Assembly (NCBI GenBank): GCA_964581535.1 | Contig: CAZOOW010000005.1 | Coordinates: 8,140 to 72,139, forward strand | Source of the DNA: an uncultured Candidatus Saccharibacteria bacterium | GTDB lineage: Bacteria > Patescibacteriota > Saccharimonadia > Saccharimonadales > Saccharimonadaceae | DNA length: 64,000 bases | Direction: 5' to 3' | Made by a program: the position numbers and the translations under genes | Shown here: piece after piece, positions 44,625 to 52,916 of the stretch | How the letters are laid out: every line of letters begins with the position of its first letter | Numbering within the stretch: the first letter of the stretch is position 1 | Notes under the pieces: generated by a model | Databases searched by the model: none | What the model saw: the letters and a program-made list of their open reading frames with translations, nothing else | What the model was told of the DNA's origin: nothing

Positions 44625-45784
44625 AGTGAAATGTCTTCCGGTAGGAACCCATTTTTATGTTTAAATCCGGACTGCCACTCGTAACCCTTGTTGTACCCAA
44701 GTTCTTTCATGAGTTTCGTCGGCGCGTTCCTGAGATGAAGTGGGACGGCCGAGTCCGGATATTTTTTGGCGAGCGCTTTCGCTTCGTACATGAGATCCGT
44801 AATCTCACGGGACTTTTTACTGCGTGCGAGAGCTGTCGCACAGTGGTAAAGATTGTAGCTGGCTTCTGGCAGACCAACCCGTTCAACTGCCTGAAAGGTT
44901 GCGACGGCGATAGAAAGTGCGCCATTTCCGACGAGTCCTATATCTTCGCTGGCAAACACAACCATGCGTCGAGCAATAAACTTTGGGTCTTCGCCAGCAT
45001 CTAGCATCCGAGACAGATAATAAAGTGTAGCCGTGACATCTGAGCCACGCATACTTTTTATAAATGCACTGACGACGTCATAATGCATGTCGCCTTTTTT
45101 ATCGTAACCAGGTACTCGTTTTTGAGCGGCAGCTTTAACGATATCTGGCGTCACTTTTTCGTTTGTAAAAGCTAATGAAAGTTCAAGGTTTCCTAAGGCA
45201 ACTCGAGCGTCTCCGCCCGAAAGCTCTGCAAGATAATCAAGCGCTTTTGGAGTTACATTTTTCGTTTTTCTCAGTAATTTCAACGCTCTTTTTAGTATAG
45301 TTACGATCTCTTCTTTGCTGAGTGGCTGTAGTACGAGTACCCTTGAGCGTGAGAGTAGTGGGGTGATAACCTCAAAGCTCGGATTCTCGGTCGTCGCACC
45401 GATGAGAGTGATCAGTCCAGACTCGACATGGGGCAGAAACGCGTCCTGCTGGGCTTTGTTGAATCGGTGGATTTCATCAACAAATAGGATAGTACGCCGT
45501 TTTAGATTCCAGTTTTGTTTGGCATGCTCTACGACTTGTAGCACATCTTTTTTCCCAGCAGTTACTGCGCTAAGTTCGACAAATTCGGCATCGACTTCAT
45601 CCGCAATGATTCGCGCTAGTGTCGTTTTTCCCGTTCCCGGTGGGCCCCAAAGTATGAGGCTGACTGGCTCTTTGTTTTTCACGATATGCCGCAATATCTC
45701 GTGCTGACCTAATATATGGGTCTGTCCGACGACGTCGTTCAAACTCTTAGGTCGCATCTGCTCCGCTAACGGCACCCTACTCAT
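44621..45784 (-). CDS. rarA: replication-associated recombination protein A (AAA+ ATPase)
   Basis: MRPKSLNDVVGQ, Walker A GPPGTGKTT, Walker B LFVDEIHRFNK, and a MgsA C-terminal domain. ATG at 45784 was chosen. Confidence 0.9.
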   Translation of the reverse strand: MSRVPLAEQMRPKSLNDVVGQTHILGQHEILRHIVKNKEPVSLILWGPPGTGKTTLARIIADEVDAEFVELSAVTAGKKDVLQVVEHAKQNWNLKRRTILFVDEIHRFNKAQQDAFLPHVESGLITLIGATTENPSFEVITPLLSRSRVLVLQPLSKEEIVTILKRALKLLRKTKNVTPKALDYLAELSGGDARVALGNLELSLAFTNEKVTPDIVKAAAQKRVPGYDKKGDMHYDVVSAFIKSMRGSDVTATLYYLSRMLDAGEDPKFIARRMVVFASEDIGLVGNGALSIAVATFQAVERVGLPEASYNLYHCATALARSKKSREITDLMYEAKALAKKYPDSAVPLHLRNAPTKLMKELGYNKGYEWQSGFKHKNGFLPEDISL

Positions 45785-45790
45785 ATCTAT

Positions 45791-45798
45791 AGTATACT
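45791..45798. promoter_or_regulatory. palindromic -10 element AGTATACT shared by divergent rarA and ddl
   Basis: Reads TATACT on both strands. It sits 9 nt upstream of the ddl ATG (45808) and 6 nt upstream of the rarA ATG (45784). Confidence 0.45.
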
Positions 45799-45807
45799 GT
45801 CTCATAG

Positions 45808-46824
45808 ATGACGAAAAAACGCGTCCTACTAGTCTACGGTGGGAAATCATCTGAGCACGATGTGTCTTTGATGAGCGCACGTAATGTCTATGCTGCACTC
45901 GATGAAAATAAGTATGATGTGACACTTTGTTTGATAGATAGAGAAGGTCGATGGTGGCTACAGGACATAGTTGATGACACCCATTCAGGCCAGCCGCAAA
46001 TACTGCCCGTACTCGGACAAAAACAATTCGTAACTTTGCCTGACCATCACATCATTAAACCAGATGTAGTACTGCCGGTTCTGCACGGGCAAAATGGTGA
46101 AGACGGGACAGTTCAAGGACTTTGTCAGCTTTTAGGTCTGTCGTATGTCGGACCGAGTCTGCTCGGAGCCGCGGTGACGATGGATAAAGATATGACGAAG
46201 CGTCTCCTGGAGCATGCAGATATTCCCGTCGTTCCGTGGCGAACATGGCGCATAAAAGACTATAAACCGACATTTGATATGATTTCGGACGAACTTGGAA
46301 CGACTGATATGTTCGTCAAGCCAGCTAGCGCAGGCTCATCGGTTGGTGTAAGCCACATAACCTCGGCAGATAGCTGGGAGAAGGTGCTCGACATGGCGTC
46401 GCAGCATTCGGAGGTTGTTCTCATCGAAAAAACAATTCAGGGTCGAGAAATAGAGCTGGCTGTGATAGGGGGTGACGAAATACGCGTGAGTGGTGCCGGA
46501 GAAATCAAGAGCGGTGAGGATTTCTATGACTACGATGATAAATATTCCGCCGCCAGCACGGCGAAAGTCCAGATTCCTGCGGATATATCAGAAAAAATGC
46601 TTGGACAACTTCAGGCTTATGCAAAAAAAACATTTGAGATAACTGAGTGTCAGGGAATGGCCCGTATTGATTTTTTGGTAGAGGATGAAACTATTTACCT
46701 GAATGAGATAAACAGTATTCCTGGGTTTACGAATATTTCTATGTATCCGAAGCTATGGCAACACGAAGGAGTGCGCTTCCCGCAGCTCGTTGACCAGCTC
46801 ATCGAACTGTCGCTCTTGCGGTGA
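45808..46824 (+). CDS. ddl: D-alanine--D-alanine ligase
   Basis: VYGGKSSEHDVS, HGQNGEDGTVQG, ATP-grasp FVKPASAGSSVG, EINSIPGFT. Confidence 0.93.
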   Translation: MTKKRVLLVYGGKSSEHDVSLMSARNVYAALDENKYDVTLCLIDREGRWWLQDIVDDTHSGQPQILPVLGQKQFVTLPDHHIIKPDVVLPVLHGQNGEDGTVQGLCQLLGLSYVGPSLLGAAVTMDKDMTKRLLEHADIPVVPWRTWRIKDYKPTFDMISDELGTTDMFVKPASAGSSVGVSHITSADSWEKVLDMASQHSEVVLIEKTIQGREIELAVIGGDEIRVSGAGEIKSGEDFYDYDDKYSAASTAKVQIPADISEKMLGQLQAYAKKTFEITECQGMARIDFLVEDETIYLNEINSIPGFTNISMYPKLWQHEGVRFPQLVDQLIELSLLR

Positions 46825-46853
46825 TATACTAATACTCAGATAAAGGAGGTGAG

Positions 46854-47612
46854 ATGTTCGAATTATTTGGTGGCGTGACAGGTTTCATACTTTTTTGGGG
46901 GCTTGTTCTCGTCCTTAGTGGTCTCAAAGTTGTTAAACAATATGAGCGCGGTGTGGTCCTGACGCTTGGACGATACACCGGAATACGGGAACCGGGGCTT
47001 AGGGTAATTATCCCAATTTTTCAGCAGATGACTAGGGTAGATGTTCGTTCGATGCCGATCGATGTTCCAAAACAGGAAATTATCACCAAAGATAACGTAA
47101 CTGTCGGTGTTGATGCTGTCGTGTATTTGCGAGTTATCGAAGCTTCTAAGGCTGTGCTCGAGACGACTAACTACGTATACGCGACGAGCCAGTTCGCACA
47201 GGCGGCGCTACGTGACGTCGCTGGAAACGCCGATCTCGATGAGCTACTTTCGAAACGTGAAGAGATTTCAGAGCAAATAAAACAAATCGTTGATGCCGAA
47301 ACAGACAAATGGGGAATCGATGTCGAAAACGTAAAGATTCAAAATATCGAGTTGCCTCAGGATATGAAACGGGCAATGGCAAAACAAGCCGAGGCAGAGC
47401 GTGAGCGACGCGCTGTCGTTATTTCGGCCGATGGAGAGAAACAGGCTGCTCAGGCTATCGCTGACGCTGCGGCAATGCTGAGCAAAATCCCTGGCGGTAT
47501 CAATATCCGAACATTGCAGACGCTGGAGAAAATTTCGGTTGAACCGAGTCAGAAAACTTTGGTCGTGTTGCCAAGCGAGCTGACGAATTTGAAAGAACTG
47601 CTCACAAAATAG
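46854..47612 (+). CDS. SPFH/band-7 (stomatin-like) membrane protein
   Basis: VKQYERGVVLTLGRY, ITKDNVTV, and a coiled-coil KQAEAERERRA. Confidence 0.88.
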   Translation: MFELFGGVTGFILFWGLVLVLSGLKVVKQYERGVVLTLGRYTGIREPGLRVIIPIFQQMTRVDVRSMPIDVPKQEIITKDNVTVGVDAVVYLRVIEASKAVLETTNYVYATSQFAQAALRDVAGNADLDELLSKREEISEQIKQIVDAETDKWGIDVENVKIQNIELPQDMKRAMAKQAEAERERRAVVISADGEKQAAQAIADAAAMLSKIPGGINIRTLQTLEKISVEPSQKTLVVLPSELTNLKELLTK

Positions 47613-47622
47613 GACTACCCGT

Positions 47623-48015
47623 TTGATAAATTTCTCCAAATTTCGTGAAATCGCCGAACATCTTTACGAGCGGCTTACGCCTCGAAACGAGGCAGATATA
47701 GATGTCCGATTTATACTCGCAAACGAACGAACACTCCTCGCCTGGGTCAGAACCGGTTTGGCTTTGATCGGAGGGGGAGTAGCGGTAGGTATGCTAGGTG
47801 GTACAAGCGACCATTTCATCGTCGGTATCGGAGCTGTTGTTATGGGCGGACTGCTCAACCTTATCGGTTATATGCGTTATCACGCGGCGGATAAAGCCAT
47901 CCGAACCGGCAAACTACCACCGACAGGTGTCGCAGGGCTGCTTGTCGTCATCGGCGTGTCGGTTTTCGCCGCAGCAGTAGTCTTAGTGATTCGCTTCGCA
48001 ATGGCGGCTCGCTAG
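47623..48015 (+). CDS. DUF202 (YidH-like) membrane protein
   Basis: LANERTLLAWVRTGLALIGGG signature. TTG start. Confidence 0.7.
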   Translation: MINFSKFREIAEHLYERLTPRNEADIDVRFILANERTLLAWVRTGLALIGGGVAVGMLGGTSDHFIVGIGAVVMGGLLNLIGYMRYHAADKAIRTGKLPPTGVAGLLVVIGVSVFAAAVVLVIRFAMAAR

Positions 48016-48072
48016 TAGCCACCCCTGTCTTGTTAGATGCAGGTACTTAGGATAAAATAAATAGGCCAAAAC

Positions 48073-48148
48073 GGCTCTTTAGCTCAGTTGGTAGAGCAGA
48101 GGCCTGAAGAGCCTTGTGTCCCCAGTTCAAGTCTGGGAGGAGCCACCA
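48073..48148 (+). tRNA. tRNA-Phe(GAA)
   Basis: Acceptor GGCTCTT/AGGAGCC, anticodon loop CTGAAGA, T-loop TTCAAGT, encoded CCA. Confidence 0.92.
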
Positions 48149-48306
48149 AAATAAACCACTCTAGTTCATCTAGGGTGTTTTATTTTCGCTCGGACTTGCT
48201 TCGATTGTTTGAGCGTAAAGTCGCAAATGCTGTAACAATTGTTACAGCTTATGGTTGAAGGTTTTCATATACTAAAACGACATGTCCAACTAACAAGGAG
48301 GAAAAC

Positions 48307-49116
48307 ATGAAGCAAAAAGTTATGACATTCGGTTTAATAACTGGAATAGCAGGGCTGGTATTGGCGTCACCGGTGTCCGCACTAACTACCAGAATTGTAG
48401 ATCCTAATACACTTCAAAACGGCTGGTCTGACCAGTTTACCAAAGATGGTGGGCAAGTTCTGCTTGCTGAAGGTGCACCGGAAGGTTTTGGTAATTATTC
48501 CTTGGAACTAAGTACGGATAGTACAAATGACTCGAAGGCTAACTACTCGCGGCCGGAGAGCATAGCACTCAATGATATTACAACGTTAAGTTACTGGACT
48601 TACCAGAAAGAAGCCTCGCTTGCTAATGGTACCGCATCACTTCAGCTGGGTGTTGATTTGAATAATGATGGCTCTTGGGATACCAACCTAGTCTACGAGC
48701 CCGGTGAACAGGGCATGTCGATTGTACCGAATCAATGGATGAACTGGGATGCAGCGGAAGGTGTGTTCTGGAGCTCGAATGCAGACTCTGCCTTGGCGAA
48801 GTATAACGATATCGGTGGATACAACATGTACAGCCTAAGCGACGTCTATAAACAGTATCCAGAAGCACAAATAGTCGGGCTAGCAGTGAATGTTGGAACG
48901 TATAATCCTGACTACCGTATTTTGGTTGACGGCGTTCAGTTGAATGGAAAAGTATATAATTTCGAAAAAGCGCTTAGTGCAACTTCAAAAAACGCATGTA
49001 AAAGTGACGGCTGGCGAAATACCGTTAGTGCGAGTGGAAAAGAATTTAAAAATCAAGGTCAGTGCGTAGCCTCTGTCGAAGCTAATGCTAACGCTAACTT
49101 CAAGCGAGATCAGTAA
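48307..49116 (+). CDS. secreted hypothetical protein
   Basis: SD AAGGAGG upstream, signal peptide MKQKVMTFGLITGIAGLVLASPVSA. No recognisable catalytic motif. Confidence 0.6.
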   Translation: MKQKVMTFGLITGIAGLVLASPVSALTTRIVDPNTLQNGWSDQFTKDGGQVLLAEGAPEGFGNYSLELSTDSTNDSKANYSRPESIALNDITTLSYWTYQKEASLANGTASLQLGVDLNNDGSWDTNLVYEPGEQGMSIVPNQWMNWDAAEGVFWSSNADSALAKYNDIGGYNMYSLSDVYKQYPEAQIVGLAVNVGTYNPDYRILVDGVQLNGKVYNFEKALSATSKNACKSDGWRNTVSASGKEFKNQGQCVASVEANANANFKRDQ

Positions 49117-49137
49117 GTATCTACACTATACGTAAAT

Positions 49138-49164
49138 AAAAAACCGCCGATCGGCGGTTTTTTA
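49138..49164. terminator. bidirectional intrinsic terminator
   Basis: Palindrome AAACCGCCGA/TCGGCGGTTT flanked by an A-run and a T-run. Confidence 0.7.
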
Positions 49165-49174
49165 TTCGATTTTT

Positions 49175-49262
49175 TGGTGGGCGAGGAGGGACTTGAACCC
49201 TCAAGGTTTATTCAACCAGCGGATTTTAAGTCCACCGCGTATACCAATTCCGCCACTCGCCC
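49175..49262 (-). tRNA. tRNA-Leu(TAA)
   Basis: Acceptor GGGCGAG/CTCGCCC, anticodon loop CTTAAAA, long variable arm, T-loop TTCAAGT, encoded CCA. Confidence 0.9.
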
Positions 49263-49263
49263 G

Positions 49264-49337
49264 TGGAGGCACCTACGGGTAACGCTCCCGTCTACCTGGT
49301 TTTGCAGACCAGTGCCTAACTTCTCGGCCAAGGCGCC
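49264..49337 (-). tRNA. tRNA-Cys(GCA) with non-canonical T-loop
   Basis: Acceptor GGCGCCT/AGGTGCC, U73 discriminator, anticodon loop CTGCAAA, T-stem ACGGG/CCCGT, but T-loop AGCGTTA. Encoded CCA, 1 nt upstream of tRNA-Leu(TAA). Confidence 0.65.
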
Positions 49338-49418
49338 ACGCACAAACAATTATACCGCACTACTTGCCAAATTCGTATCTGTTACGTATACTAGTTTTCG
49401 TTCTTTGATGAAAGACAA

Positions 49419-49494
49419 GCGGGTTTAGCTCAGTTGTTAGAGCGCTTCCTTGCCATGGAAGAGGCCAGGAGTTAGAGTCTCCTAACCCGCACCA
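49419..49494 (+). tRNA. tRNA-Gly(GCC)
   Basis: Acceptor GCGGGTT/AACCCGC, anticodon loop TTGCCAT, D-loop AGTTGTTA, T-loop TTAGAGT, encoded CCA. Confidence 0.88.
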
Positions 49495-49504
49495 ACTAAA
49501 ATAT

Positions 49505-49527
49505 CGAGCCTAGAGCTCGGTTTTTTT
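49505..49527 (+). terminator. intrinsic terminator after tRNA-Gly
   Basis: CGAGC / GCTCG stem followed by G and a run of seven T. Confidence 0.65.
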
Positions 49528-49545
49528 AGTTGGTATGATGTGTGA

Positions 49546-49632
49546 TTTGCTAACTGCTGGCCTCTTAAAATCAGTAACCGCCAGGGGCCGGACAAAGTCC
49601 GGCCAGGAGTTAGAGTCTCCTAACCCGCACCA
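49546..49632 (+). other. tRNA-like element: duplicated 3' half of tRNA-Gly fused to unrelated 5' hairpins
   Basis: Positions 49601-49632 are identical to 49463-49494 (32 nt: T-arm, 3' acceptor strand and CCA). An 8-bp hairpin at 49586-49604 precedes it. No 5' acceptor strand is present. An extended -10 (TGGTATGAT, 49531-49539) lies upstream. Confidence 0.4.
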
Positions 49633-49711
49633 TTTGTACTCAAAATATTTTGAAACAGTATAGTTTCTATCTTTAGAGCCGGACTCTGGCTCTTTTGTTA
49701 TACTTTTCGTA

Positions 49712-50245
49712 ATGAAAGTTGTGGTAGGTAGCAAAAATATACCAAAATGTGCTGCTGTGGAGGCATCTTTTAGTCGTGCATTTCCAGCGGACAACATTAT
49801 TGTCGAGGGGCTAGCAACCGAATCAGGTGTGAGTTCACATCCTACCTCTGCCGACGAATCGATAAGGGGCGCTTTAAATCGAGCAACGGAAGCATCGCTA
49901 AAGATTTCTGATGCAGATTACTACGTTGGTATCGAAGGCGGACTACTAACGCATAATGACCGAGCTTGGGAAATAGGTTGGGTTGCCATTAGAAACTCAC
50001 AAGGACAAACTACTACAGGACTCAGCGCAGGCATCGAACTACGCGGTAAAGTGCTCGAAGCAATTGTAAACGGTATTGAGTTAAATGATGTTTTGAAAAA
50101 TGATTATGGTTTTGAAGCGGCCGGAAGTAATTCTGGTTTCTATGGCATTGCAACAAACGATATCGTCACGAGGCAGGATGCATATGAGCAGGGCATAACT
50201 TTTGCCCTCGCACCGTTCCTGCATCCAGAGTTTTACTCGAAGTAA
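49712..50245 (+). CDS. yjjX: inosine/xanthosine triphosphatase (YjjX/DUF84 NTPase family)
   Basis: VVVGSKNIPK..ESGVSSHP..GALNRA..VGIEGG..ALAPFLHPEFY align by eye with E. coli YjjX. Confidence 0.78.
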   Translation: MKVVVGSKNIPKCAAVEASFSRAFPADNIIVEGLATESGVSSHPTSADESIRGALNRATEASLKISDADYYVGIEGGLLTHNDRAWEIGWVAIRNSQGQTTTGLSAGIELRGKVLEAIVNGIELNDVLKNDYGFEAAGSNSGFYGIATNDIVTRQDAYEQGITFALAPFLHPEFYSK

Positions 50246-50525
50246 GCTGTTCCATAACTTAAAGCTCTCGACAACAACTCTTTACATAAAATCATCCATC
50301 CCATCCGCTTTGAGGGTTTGAAATACGTCTGCTAAATGACCCGATAGCCGAAAAAGCTATTTTACAGTAAATGAAAATAAAAGCTTTTTGAGTGCCCAAT
50401 ATACCGCCTTTTCTAAGTATTAGCATTTGGTAGGTATGGGTCACAATAAATGGTATATTTAATCAGTAAGCAATAGACAGAAAACAACCTAAACAATTTA
50501 AAAATTTATTATTATCGGAGGATAA

Positions 50526-51719
50526 ATGCCAAATCGTGCAGAGCTATTGAAAACAAGGCAAGAGAAGCTAGCCGAACTCGAACGTCGAAATCCATTAAAT
50601 GGTAGAAAAGGCTTTGCCTTTGGGTTTTGGATGGCCGTGATGGGAATCAGTGCAGGTATGCTTGGACTTTCGTTGTACGGTAAGAACGAAATTTTAGAAG
50701 AAAACCTGCTGCTAGTTGGGTTGATAGCTGCAATATTTTTGATTATCGCATCTGCGCTATTTATGAAGTTGCTGTTAGGCATTGTGAACTGGCTCAAAGA
50801 AGAAAAAAAATGGTGGTTTTCTGATCGACTTCTCTCAAATAGAAAAGATGATTCGAACGTACCTGATGAGCTAAAAGAATTATGGGATGTTCGTCACGAG
50901 AATAATGCTGAAATATCCGCGATAGGCCTCAGAATGATGAGCACGCCTATGTATAACACCAGAAGTCCGTTATTTTTTAACTATCTTGTCGCATCTATAG
51001 GAGGAGCAATAATAGTATCGATAGTTGCCGTTATTGCACTCGTGACAATAATTAATGCATTACGCGATGGGAATACACTAGCACTGGTTATCTCATCGCT
51101 TGTTTTTTTAATGACCTCGCTGGTAATGGGCGTGTACTACTGGTCGATAATAAAGTCTGAAAGTGTCTATGGCTCAAACAAGTTCGAACTGTACGAATTA
51201 GGGGTTTACCCTCTCCGTAAAGGCAATCTAGTAGGAGAGCGTTCGACCGGATTGTTCAACTTCGTATTTACTCCATCGTCGGTTTTTGCTCTTCTGGTAC
51301 TTATAGCACTACTCGGAACGATATATTTACGATTCAGATATGAGGATAATGCATATCTTCTACCGCTGTTCTTTGTCTGTTTGCTCGGACTTATCTTTTT
51401 CTATACTCATAGACAACGGACAATCCCTCTTGTCGTCGATGATATAAATGAAAAACGATCTTTGCTCAGTATGCCAGCAGTTAGAATCAATAGCTTTGTC
51501 AAAGACGATAAGCTGATTATCCAACCACAAGGAAGGCTTCACGAGACGCTAACCCTATCCCGTAACGAGATCAGTGGTTTAATAAATGTCAGGGGGGCGC
51601 AACTACTGTCCCCAATGGCGGTTGCAGTTTTAGGTAGAGATGACGTTCGTGTTATTGTTTCTGGAAACAAAGCATCGAAACAAATTATCACGTGGTATGA
51701 AAACGGTGGGAAACAGTGA
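50526..51719 (+). CDS. hypothetical polytopic membrane protein (AT-rich module, gene 1)
   Basis: SD GGAGGA upstream. About six TM segments in three pairs, plus a roughly 90-aa C-terminal soluble domain. GC is roughly mid 30s percent by hand count of sample lines. Confidence 0.6.
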   Translation: MPNRAELLKTRQEKLAELERRNPLNGRKGFAFGFWMAVMGISAGMLGLSLYGKNEILEENLLLVGLIAAIFLIIASALFMKLLLGIVNWLKEEKKWWFSDRLLSNRKDDSNVPDELKELWDVRHENNAEISAIGLRMMSTPMYNTRSPLFFNYLVASIGGAIIVSIVAVIALVTIINALRDGNTLALVISSLVFLMTSLVMGVYYWSIIKSESVYGSNKFELYELGVYPLRKGNLVGERSTGLFNFVFTPSSVFALLVLIALLGTIYLRFRYEDNAYLLPLFFVCLLGLIFFYTHRQRTIPLVVDDINEKRSLLSMPAVRINSFVKDDKLIIQPQGRLHETLTLSRNEISGLINVRGAQLLSPMAVAVLGRDDVRVIVSGNKASKQIITWYENGGKQ

Positions 51720-52258
51720 GCAAAGCAACCCCATTTTGGGGTGGGCTTTTGATTTTTTTCATAGCGCTCGCCTTTTACCGACTTGCGAATTCTGATCTAT
51801 ATACGAATCTGTTTACGCTTATTGGAGTGCTGTTAATAGTTCCGCCGATTGTATTTTTTGTGTGGCGCACTACGAAGCGCATGGAGAAACGACTGGTTGA
51901 GTCCAGAAAAACCTTTCCATTATCATATCTGATCGCTTCATCGTCGTTTGCGGGAGCTTTAATTCTGACTGCTGACAAAGAATTCATAAAGCTATGGGCG
52001 GAAAACGATGGAAAGTTGAAAGAATTGTATTCGGAGAGAAAAGATGCTTTACGGTTAGAGAATGCGACAGTATCGCTTTCGCCGGTTGTGAAGCGCCAAG
52101 GCCTGTACCTGTTTAAAAAAGACAGTCCGCTAGAAGGTTTCGCCTTTGCTATCCTTAAGGATAAACTGTCAATAACTTTTCCAACGTTGAAAGATGATGA
52201 GCTTAAACGAGTCAAGCAAGCAATAACTGGTGTCGACGAGACGACAAAAACTTCTTAA
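51716..52258 (+). CDS. hypothetical two-TM membrane protein with soluble C-terminal domain (AT-rich module, gene 2)
   Basis: GTGA overlap with the upstream gene. Two N-terminal TM segments, then a roughly 110-aa domain. A YdbS/bPH-like architecture is possible but unverified. Confidence 0.6.
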   Translation: MSKATPFWGGLLIFFIALAFYRLANSDLYTNLFTLIGVLLIVPPIVFFVWRTTKRMEKRLVESRKTFPLSYLIASSSFAGALILTADKEFIKLWAENDGKLKELYSERKDALRLENATVSLSPVVKRQGLYLFKKDSPLEGFAFAILKDKLSITFPTLKDDELKRVKQAITGVDETTKTS

Positions 52259-52340
52259 TATTAGTCCCTATAACTTGGGAAAAATGATTGGTATTCGAAC
52301 CGTTAACAGCTATAATTAATAGTATAAAAAGGGGAGAAAA

Positions 52341-52907
52341 ATGGATATATTAGTATGGATTATTGTAGGTTTAGCCGTTATCGGAGTGCTCTTTCTGTGG
52401 GTTACTTATAACGGACTGGTTAAGTTGCGAGTGCGTGTTGAAGAAGCGTGGAGCGATATCACGGTACAGTTGAAGCGTCGGGCGGATTTAATACCCAACC
52501 TGATCGAAACCGTAAAGGGCTATGCTGCTCATGAAAAACAAGTCTTCGACGATGTTACAAAAGCGAGGACTGAGGTTCTGAGCGCGACAACAAAAGGTCC
52601 CGAGGCAACAGCTAAAGCTGAAAATCAGTTCGAAGTTGCCCTGAAGAGTTTGTTCGCCGTCGCAGAGGCCTATCCACAGCTGCGTGCGAGTGAGAATTTT
52701 CAGCAATTGCAAAATGAGTTAGTTGACACGGAAGATAAAATCCAAGCATCGCGGCGTTTTTATAACGGTGGAGTTCGAGACTTAAACACGAAAGTCCAGC
52801 AGTTCCCGAGTAATATTATCGCCGGTATGTTTGGTTTCGCTAACAAAGAGTTTTTCGAAGTAGAGGACATGGCCTCAGTAGACAAGCCTGTTGAGGCAAA
52901 GTTCTAG
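52341..52907 (+). CDS. lemA: LemA-family membrane protein
   Basis: [43 protein letters not shown] is a typical LemA signature. Confidence 0.9.
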   Translation: MDILVWIIVGLAVIGVLFLWVTYNGLVKLRVRVEEAWSDITVQLKRRADLIPNLIETVKGYAAHEKQVFDDVTKARTEVLSATTKGPEATAKAENQFEVALKSLFAVAEAYPQLRASENFQQLQNELVDTEDKIQASRRFYNGGVRDLNTKVQQFPSNIIAGMFGFANKEFFEVEDMASVDKPVEAKF

Positions 52908-52916
52908 GGTAGCTAT

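Noticed and set aside
45785-45925. Upstream extension of rarA (ORF-track start 45925) overlapping ddl.
   Set aside because: The extension is antisense to the ddl N-terminus. MSRVPLAEQMRPKSLNDVVGQ matches the usual RarA N-terminus.
49546-49632. Complete type II tRNA or tRNA-Sec reading of the tRNA-like element.
   Set aside because: No 5' strand complementary to AACCCGC exists upstream. No 5-bp anticodon stem with a 7-nt loop and U33 can be drawn. The TCA triplet present is preceded by A, not U.
49174-49797. ORFs 49174-49428 (plus strand) and 49510-49797 (minus strand).
   Set aside because: They run through the tRNA-Leu, tRNA-Cys and tRNA-Gly genes and their terminators, so they are artefacts of the six-frame scan.
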